Assembly: GCA_035760885.1 (NCBI GenBank)
Contig: DASTSB010000290.1
Coordinates: 2,423 to 66,422 of the forward strand
Direction of reading: 5' to 3'
DNA: 64,000 nt
From: Steroidobacteraceae bacterium
GTDB lineage: Bacteria; Pseudomonadota; Gammaproteobacteria; Steroidobacterales; Steroidobacteraceae
The notes beneath the pieces are model-generated. The model was not told where the DNA came from. It saw nothing but the letters and a program-made list of their open reading frames with translations, and ran no database searches. The first letter of the stretch is position 1, and every line of letters begins with the position of its first letter. This document shows positions 57,647 through 64,000 of the stretch, in pieces. A program made the translations under genes and the position numbers.

Positions 57647-59134
57647 CTAACGAGGGGAGCCGGACAGTGCTGATTCGAAGGCGTCCAGCCTCCTGCGCGC
57701 CGCTTCGCAGTCGGACACGCAATCGGTCCGCACGGCGACGATGCGAGACAGAGGCGCCGACCAAAGCGATTGCACTCCGTAGCTCAGCTGTGCGCGCAAG
57801 CCGCTCGCTGTCTGCAGTTTTCCGATGTGATACGAAAATCTAAGCACACTGCGGTGGGGTCCGTCCTGCAAAACGAGTTCGCGAATGCCGGGCGCGATCT
57901 CACGAGAATCAACGACAGTGTCCGAATCGCTGAATAGATGGTTGTTGTAACCCACCAATTCCTTGCCCTGCTGCTGCTTCCGATAGGCCGCTACGAATCG
58001 CCATACTCGCGCGCCGGCGGAATCCTCGTACGTCGAGAGATCTTCAACATCTGCGCCGGCAAATACTGGGTTCCATCTCGTGTTTTCTGAGCGCAGCGGC
58101 CCGACCCAGCCGGACAGCGAAGGACGCATAGCCGCGTCGGTCGGGACTGGCGCAGAGTGCATCGGGTCGAGAAGAGCCCAAGCAGGTACGACTAGCAAAG
58201 CGAGCGCATAGGCGGGGCGACGCCGTGGTTTGACTGATTGCTGCGTCTCCGGCTTCGTAAAAGAAGCGACAGCAGAAGACGGAAAGCGACTCGCGATCCA
58301 GAAAAAGAGCCCCATCATCACTGCGAAGACGACCCATCCAAAGCGATAGTGCTCAACGCGCACCAAGTAGTGCTGCATATTCGTGAGATGGCCGGCGACA
58401 ACGATGACGTAGACGCGCACCCAATTCGCTGCGATGGCGAGGAAGAACGCCAGAGCTACGAGCAGTGAGCGCGTCTTTAGAGAGTCGCGGCCAAGTTCTC
58501 CGTACAGCGTACCGAGCGCTAGTCCGACCATGACGAAGTGCAATCCGCTGCACCCACCGGCGATCTCGAAGATGCCGGCGGGAATGTGGACGAAATTCCC
58601 ATCTACGTAAGCTTCGATGCCACTCGCATGAAGCATGTATCCGACCATCGATGCCGAGACAGTCTGCAGATGAGGCGTGAGCACATCCCAAACGGGGATT
58701 GCGAACAGCAGGAATCCGATTGGGAAGGCCGCTAACCGTGCCGCCCCGATCCCGAACATCGACCACACCGCAAGCAATGCGATCACCGGGAAAGCGAGTT
58801 CATGAGCGGTCTCGATACTGGCACGATATGCGATGAGCCAGCCGATGCTGCCCAGCAGATAGGCAATCATCGCGAACAGACTCGGCGTGGGGTGCAGTTG
58901 CTCTAGCCGGTCATCGCGCAGCATCAGCCAGAATGAAATGCCTAACACGATGAATCCGTGAGTGAACGTCGTCTTGTCCGTGTCCAGCCAAAGCGAAGAT
59001 AAGGCGAGGGTGGTCGGCCAATACAAAAGCAGCATGGCCAGAACACATCCTGCAACCAGCAGTCGCATCCTCCACCGTGCCGTGATCGGTTGCGCCGTAT
59101 CTGCGAGCGCGACCTCATCCTCAAGGCTCGCCAT
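57647..59134 (-). CDS. xrtA: Exosortase A with C-terminal EpsI domain
   Basis: TFTHG, FAIP, catalytic GCSGL, N.VR, H.RFGW. EpsI-like tail W.P.F.GA..QQQGKELV. Confidence 0.92.
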   Translation of the reverse strand: MASLEDEVALADTAQPITARWRMRLLVAGCVLAMLLLYWPTTLALSSLWLDTDKTTFTHGFIVLGISFWLMLRDDRLEQLHPTPSLFAMIAYLLGSIGWLIAYRASIETAHELAFPVIALLAVWSMFGIGAARLAAFPIGFLLFAIPVWDVLTPHLQTVSASMVGYMLHASGIEAYVDGNFVHIPAGIFEIAGGCSGLHFVMVGLALGTLYGELGRDSLKTRSLLVALAFFLAIAANWVRVYVIVVAGHLTNMQHYLVRVEHYRFGWVVFAVMMGLFFWIASRFPSSAVASFTKPETQQSVKPRRRPAYALALLVVPAWALLDPMHSAPVPTDAAMRPSLSGWVGPLRSENTRWNPVFAGADVEDLSTYEDSAGARVWRFVAAYRKQQQGKELVGYNNHLFSDSDTVVDSREIAPGIRELVLQDGPHRSVLRFSYHIGKLQTASGLRAQLSYGVQSLWSAPLSRIVAVRTDCVSDCEAARRRLDAFESALSGSPR

Positions 59135-60492
59135 TACTGCACTCGCATTCCGTACTTTTCCATCAGGTCGTAAAGCGTGGGACGACTGACACCCAACAGC
59201 TCAGCGGTGCGAGAGATATTTCCGTCCGTGATCGTCAATGCCTGTTGAATAGCTTGACGCTCGGCGCGTGTGCGGACTTCTTTAAGATTAAAGAGCAGTT
59301 CGCTACTCGTCGCCTCCTTGAGCCCCAAATCATCGGGGGTGATCATCGTGCCTTCAGCCATGATCATCGCCGTCTTCACTTTGTTCTCGAGCTCGCGCAC
59401 GTTGCCGGGCCAGCTGTAGGCTTCGAGTGCCGCCAACGCTTGCTCACTGAAACCACGTTTCGGCCGACCTTGGACGCCGCTGAACTTGCGCAACATCGCG
59501 TGCGCCAGAACAGTGGCGCCGCCTTTACGCTCGCGCAGGGGCGGCACCGTAATCGTCACTTCGCCGATTCTGAAGTAAAGATCTTGGCGGAATTTCTGTT
59601 CTGCGATGAGCTGCTGAAGGTCTTTATTCGTTGCGCATACAACGCGTACGTTGACGGGAATTTCTTGGCGTCCGCCGACTCGTTCAATCACCTTGTTCTG
59701 TAGGAAGCGCAGCAACTTCGCTTGTAATGCGATCGGCATGTCACCGATCTCGTCTAGGAACAGTGTGCCTCCGTGTGCGACTTCCACCTTGCCGATGGTC
59801 TGCTTCACTGCACCCGTGAATGCGCCTCGCTCATGGCCGAACAATTCGCTTTCGAGCAACTGCTCTGGAATAGCCGCGCAGTTGATCGCCACGAACTTGC
59901 CATCGGTTCTGCCGCTCTGCGCGTGAACAGCACGAGCAATGAGCTCTTTGCCCGTTCCGCTTTCACCCAGGATTAGGACAGATACGTCGGTGCGGGCGAC
60001 CTTCTCCACCATCCGACAGACTCTCATCATCGCGTCGTCGGTCGCGATGAGTCCTTCCATGGGGGCAGCAGACTGCGCCTGTTTCAGTTGGCGGTTCTGC
60101 TCTTCCAATGCATGCATGTGGAAGGCGCGGCTGACGATCAGCTTTAGTACTTCGGTGTCGACCGGCTTCTGATAGAAATCGTAAGCGCCCAGCGACACGG
60201 CCCGAACGGCGTTGTCGCGATCGTTATTTCCGGTGACAACGATGACTTTCGTCTGCGGGGCCAGCGCTAGGATCTCTCTCAGCGTCTGCATCCCTTCCGC
60301 AACTCCTTCCGCATCGGGAGGCAGCCCGAGATCCTGCAGAACAACCGGTGGCTCGAATCGCCGCAAGATTGTCAGCGCTTCGTTGCGCGTCGAGGCAATT
60401 AGGACTTCGTGTTCGTCGAAGCACCACTTCAATTGCTTCTGCAAGCCGATGTCGTCTTCGACGATCAAGAGTTTCGGTCGATCCGCGCTCAC
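59134..60492 (-). CDS. prsR: PEP-CTERM-box sigma-54-dependent response regulator
   Basis: Receiver DLGLPP, GESGTGKE, GAFTGA, WPGNVREL, Fis-type HTH. Confidence 0.95.
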   Translation of the reverse strand: MSADRPKLLIVEDDIGLQKQLKWCFDEHEVLIASTRNEALTILRRFEPPVVLQDLGLPPDAEGVAEGMQTLREILALAPQTKVIVVTGNNDRDNAVRAVSLGAYDFYQKPVDTEVLKLIVSRAFHMHALEEQNRQLKQAQSAAPMEGLIATDDAMMRVCRMVEKVARTDVSVLILGESGTGKELIARAVHAQSGRTDGKFVAINCAAIPEQLLESELFGHERGAFTGAVKQTIGKVEVAHGGTLFLDEIGDMPIALQAKLLRFLQNKVIERVGGRQEIPVNVRVVCATNKDLQQLIAEQKFRQDLYFRIGEVTITVPPLRERKGGATVLAHAMLRKFSGVQGRPKRGFSEQALAALEAYSWPGNVRELENKVKTAMIMAEGTMITPDDLGLKEATSSELLFNLKEVRTRAERQAIQQALTITDGNISRTAELLGVSRPTLYDLMEKYGMRVQ

Positions 60493-62600
60493 GTTGGACT
60501 TCCTTCCGTTTGTTTTGCGCCCCCCGCCGCGGTGTACGGGACGGATAGGGCATCCCCTCGGGTGGAAACCGGTAAGTTAATCAGAAAGCGCGTCCCCTGA
60601 CCGGGGCTACTGCTCACTTCTACCGTCCCGCCGATTTGACGAATGTATTCGCGCACCTGGTAAGCACCGATTCCCATGCCCTTGGAGCCCTTGGTGCTAT
60701 CAAATGGGCGGAACAGCCGGTCGCGGATGAATTCAGGAGTCATTCCCGCTCCCGAATCCGACACGCTGATGGTCACGCCCTCCCGCCTGGCGTCCATCCC
60801 GACGTTAACCGCGCCAGTCTCCGCGGTTGCATCCTGTGCGTTCCGGATCACGTGCTCCAGGGCGCTGATCAGCCGTTCCGGATCTGCGGAAACTCGGACT
60901 GCGGCCATCGGTGCGGCAACCGGCACGGGCTTACGATCAGCACAGCGCGCGACTGCATCGTGTACCACCTTCGCCAGGTCCATCTCCGATTGCCGCTCCT
61001 GCGCCTGTTTGCTCTTGAGTTGCTCGATCAGCTTCGTCATGCGTTCGACAGTGTTGTCGATCGTCTCGATCGCATCATCGATGAACTCTGGGTTGTGCTT
61101 GTGACGCCGCGAATTGACCACGATCAGTTTCAGTTGGGCAACTGAATTCTTCAAATCGTGCATCATGAATGCGGTGAGCTTGTTGTACGCCTCGAACTGA
61201 CGACTTTCAGCCAGGCGCCGGTGCGCGTCGTGCTGTGCAATATGCGTTGCGACGTGCCGGCCAACCGTCTTTAGCAGATCGCGATCTTCGTAGGTGAGCT
61301 GGAATGGCGGCGGTGGATTGTAAAGAACGATGAATCCAAGCAGCTCATCAAGTTGCAGCAACGGAGAGACGATGCGCAACTCCTGGTTGTTCAACAGCCA
61401 GCCAGGCACTTCAATGTTGCGATAAACATCCGGCTTACTGCGTAGCTCATCCATGTCGATAATCCATTTCGTTCGCGCCAGAAACTGCGCCAGATCGGCC
61501 TGTACACTCAATGCCTCCACGCCCGTAAGCGAGTCGATGTGCATAGGCCAAGCGGCGGCGACGTGATACTTGCGGTCTTCTTCATCGCGCAGGAACAGAA
61601 ATCCGCCCGGACTGGAGAAGATTTGCGCGATCGCTCGCACCGCGGTACGGCGCACATCCTCTTCATCGGTCGATGAAAGCGTACCGATGAACCGGAGCCA
61701 TTCGATGCGATAGTCGTACTTATTGCGATAGAAATGCTTGCTCAGGAACACGCGCGCGTACCGGCGCAGCGTTTCCGAGGCCAGCACGCCAACAAGCGCA
61801 ACGATTGCACCAGCCATAAACACGATCTGGCCAACAACGCCCCACTCGCCGCCTCTTTCGCGAACGTAGAAGCCGCCAAGGGCCATCACCGTTAAATACG
61901 CGCCGACAACCATGAAGGTCGTCGTGTAGAACACCGCCTGGCGCGAGACAAAGATGTCGAGTGACCACTGCGGATTACGTCGTGCCGAAATTGCGAGCAA
62001 CGGAACTGCCACCGCGCTGAGCACGCCACGTGCGTTCCAAGCATCGGATGAGATTCCGTGGATCAGCTCGACTTGCGAGTATAGGAACAAGTCGTACGCG
62101 AACATTGCGCCGACACCAATACAGAAGTACTTCAGCGCATTGCGGCTCGAGTGGCTCGCATTTCGAAACAGTTGCTCCACGAGCACTAAGCCCAGCAGTG
62201 AGAGAGCCAGCTGAGTCCGTGACAACAGAATCGTGGGATCGACAAAGAAGATGCCTTTGCGTTCGAGGAGGAAAGCAATCAGAGGCGCCGCCAGCAGAAC
62301 ACATGCAAGAACCCGAACAGCGAGCTTGAATCTGGGCCCGATGGATTGAGCTGCCACAGCGGAAATGGCGAGCACCCAGACCGCCCCACGCGAGATTTCC
62401 AGCTCATACACAACGATCGCCGGGATCGTGCCCCAGTGGTGATGGACCGATAGCACGATTGCCCAGCAGGCGCTGATGGCGCTCGCCGCGATCAGGAGAA
62501 TTCCAGGGCCACGGCCTTTCCAGCTGACTGACAGCAGGGTCGTGAGCAGCAGATACGCGAGCCCGGCCGCGCCGTACCCGAGAACGCCCAGTGTGTTCAT
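60489..62600 (-). CDS. prsK: PEP-CTERM system histidine kinase
   Basis: Multi-TM N-terminus, KHFY.NKYDYR.EW, GAF domain, HDLKN H-box, GMGIGAY. Confidence 0.95.
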   Translation of the reverse strand: MNTLGVLGYGAAGLAYLLLTTLLSVSWKGRGPGILLIAASAISACWAIVLSVHHHWGTIPAIVVYELEISRGAVWVLAISAVAAQSIGPRFKLAVRVLACVLLAAPLIAFLLERKGIFFVDPTILLSRTQLALSLLGLVLVEQLFRNASHSSRNALKYFCIGVGAMFAYDLFLYSQVELIHGISSDAWNARGVLSAVAVPLLAISARRNPQWSLDIFVSRQAVFYTTTFMVVGAYLTVMALGGFYVRERGGEWGVVGQIVFMAGAIVALVGVLASETLRRYARVFLSKHFYRNKYDYRIEWLRFIGTLSSTDEEDVRRTAVRAIAQIFSSPGGFLFLRDEEDRKYHVAAAWPMHIDSLTGVEALSVQADLAQFLARTKWIIDMDELRSKPDVYRNIEVPGWLLNNQELRIVSPLLQLDELLGFIVLYNPPPPFQLTYEDRDLLKTVGRHVATHIAQHDAHRRLAESRQFEAYNKLTAFMMHDLKNSVAQLKLIVVNSRRHKHNPEFIDDAIETIDNTVERMTKLIEQLKSKQAQERQSEMDLAKVVHDAVARCADRKPVPVAAPMAAVRVSADPERLISALEHVIRNAQDATAETGAVNVGMDARREGVTISVSDSGAGMTPEFIRDRLFRPFDSTKGSKGMGIGAYQVREYIRQIGGTVEVSSSPGQGTRFLINLPVSTRGDALSVPYTAAGGAKQTEGSPT

Positions 62601-62606
62601 GGAGTG

Positions 62607-64000
62607 CTAGCGTGCACCTTTTCTCCAGACGATCACTTCAACGGTTTGCACTAAGATCGCCAGGTAGAAAAGCAGGCTGTGGTTCTTCACGTAGAACAGA
62701 TCGTACTGGAGTTTCTCGGTCGCATCTTGCTCCGATGAACCGTACGGGTAACACAGCTGCGCCCATCCCGTGATGCCGGGTTTAATCGAATGGCGTTCTC
62801 GATAGTAAGGGATGCGTTCATTCAGCTGATCGACAAACTCGGGCCGCTCGGGCCGTGGCCCCACAAAGCTCATCTCGCCGCGCAAAACGTTGAGGATTTG
62901 GGGGAGCTCATCGATCCGGGTCAGACGTATGAAAGAACCTATCTTCGTCACCCGGCTGTCGTTCTTCTGCGCCCATTGAGGCTTGCCGTCGCGCTCTGCG
63001 TCCTCTCGCATGCTGCGGAACTTCAACAGCTTGAAGGGACGTCCGTACTGCCCGACTCGCACCTGACGATAGAAAATGGATGCGCGCGGCCCTTCGGTGA
63101 GCTTGATCGCGAGCGCAGTGATCAACATCAGCGGCAGCGCAACGGTTAACAGTGCCAAGCTCGCGACGACATCGAAGGCACGCTCAAGCGAGCCATGAAT
63201 GCGGCCTTGCCTAAAGCCTTCCGAAAAAATCATCCAGCTTGGGTTCAACACATCCAAACGTACTTTGCCTGTCTCGCGCTCGAGGAAGGTCACCAATTCG
63301 ACGATCTCCACGCCCCCCAGTCGACATTCGAGTAACTGATCCATCGGAAATTGTCGGCGCCGATCGTCCATTGCGACGACGATCTCATCGACTCGCTCGT
63401 CCTCGCAAATGTTGATGAGGTCCTTGCCCGTGAACAGCCGCTTCGATTGAGTGACGGTCAAAAGCTCGTCGCCTTCCGCCGGCACGTAGCCCACCACCAC
63501 GAATCCGCGTCGATCAGAACGACGCCGCAGCCGGACGATGCTGCCGGCACGTCGACCGGCGCCATATACAAGAATGCGGCGTTTAAAGATGTCTTCGTTG
63601 ACGAGCTTGTCGAAGATCATCCGTATGACGACGCACCCTGCAAACGAGAGCGCCGTACTCGCGAACAGCGCCCCTCGTCCGATGTGAAGGGCCGGAATGA
63701 AGTACGCCAGAATGGCAATGAACAGTGCACCCCCGATTACGCTGGCGCCGACCCGGGCAAGAACGCCAATAAGCTTCGAGCGCTGCCGCGCGTTGTAGAG
63801 ACCCATCGCGGTCATGCTTACAAACATGATGCCGGCGAAGAAAATCCCGCGGGGCAGCATCGGGCCATGCAAGCCGGTGGGAATCGGCAAGGAGTCATCG
63901 AACCGCAGGAGCGCTGCGCCATACGGAGCAAAGAAAAAGACCACGCCTTCGACGGCTGCCAACAAAGCCAGAGGCAGTTGCCAATAGTGTTGAAATATTC
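62607..64000 (-). CDS. PEP-CTERM/XrtA-system priming sugar transferase (5' end outside window)
   Basis: ERETG, LLKFRSM, D.RVT..G.FIR.TRIDELPQ, MSFVGPRPERP, KPGITGWAQ. The frame stays open to the window edge (IFQHYWQLPLALL). Confidence 0.93.
   Translation of the reverse strand, partial: IFQHYWQLPLALLAAVEGVVFFFAPYGAALLRFDDSLPIPTGLHGPMLPRGIFFAGIMFVSMTAMGLYNARQRSKLIGVLARVGASVIGGALFIAILAYFIPALHIGRGALFASTALSFAGCVVIRMIFDKLVNEDIFKRRILVYGAGRRAGSIVRLRRRSDRRGFVVVGYVPAEGDELLTVTQSKRLFTGKDLINICEDERVDEIVVAMDDRRRQFPMDQLLECRLGGVEIVELVTFLERETGKVRLDVLNPSWMIFSEGFRQGRIHGSLERAFDVVASLALLTVALPLMLITALAIKLTEGPRASIFYRQVRVGQYGRPFKLLKFRSMREDAERDGKPQWAQKNDSRVTKIGSFIRLTRIDELPQILNVLRGEMSFVGPRPERPEFVDQLNERIPYYRERHSIKPGITGWAQLCYPYGSSEQDATEKLQYDLFYVKNHSLLFYLAILVQTVEVIVWRKGAR

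Overview
A gene-dense, moderately GC-rich proteobacterial region (probably Gammaproteobacteria; Steroidobacteraceae-like is only an impression) that forms one very large surface-polysaccharide locus. The right end (about 47-64 kb) is a recognisable exosortase A / PEP-CTERM EPS core: priming sugar transferase, prsK, prsR, xrtA-EpsI, prsT, Wza-like exporter, chain-length protein, tyrosine autokinase, beta-barrel, deacetylases and FemAB-like protein. The middle (26-47 kb) has six glycosyltransferases, a flippase, a polymerase/ligase, an MBOAT-SGNH pair, AsnB, ATP-grasp, LMW-PTP and a secreted lyase-like protein. The left (0-26 kb) is an unusually rich tailoring region with two separate carrier-protein modules and an HMG-CoA synthase plus hot-dog dehydratase cassette. 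Module 1 is ACP, GH2, a fused double hydrolase, AT3, esterase, an atypical acyl-CoA dehydrogenase, a SerRS-like amino acid:carrier protein ligase and DUF1839. Module 2 is GNAT, AsnB, an adenylating enzyme, ACP, a HemK-like methyltransferase and a NadE paralog. The genes of module 2 are bracketed by nested, inverted 7-bp repeat arrays. No rRNA, tRNA, CRISPR array, transposase or PEP-CTERM substrate was seen. All family calls come from motif recognition by eye, not from database searches.
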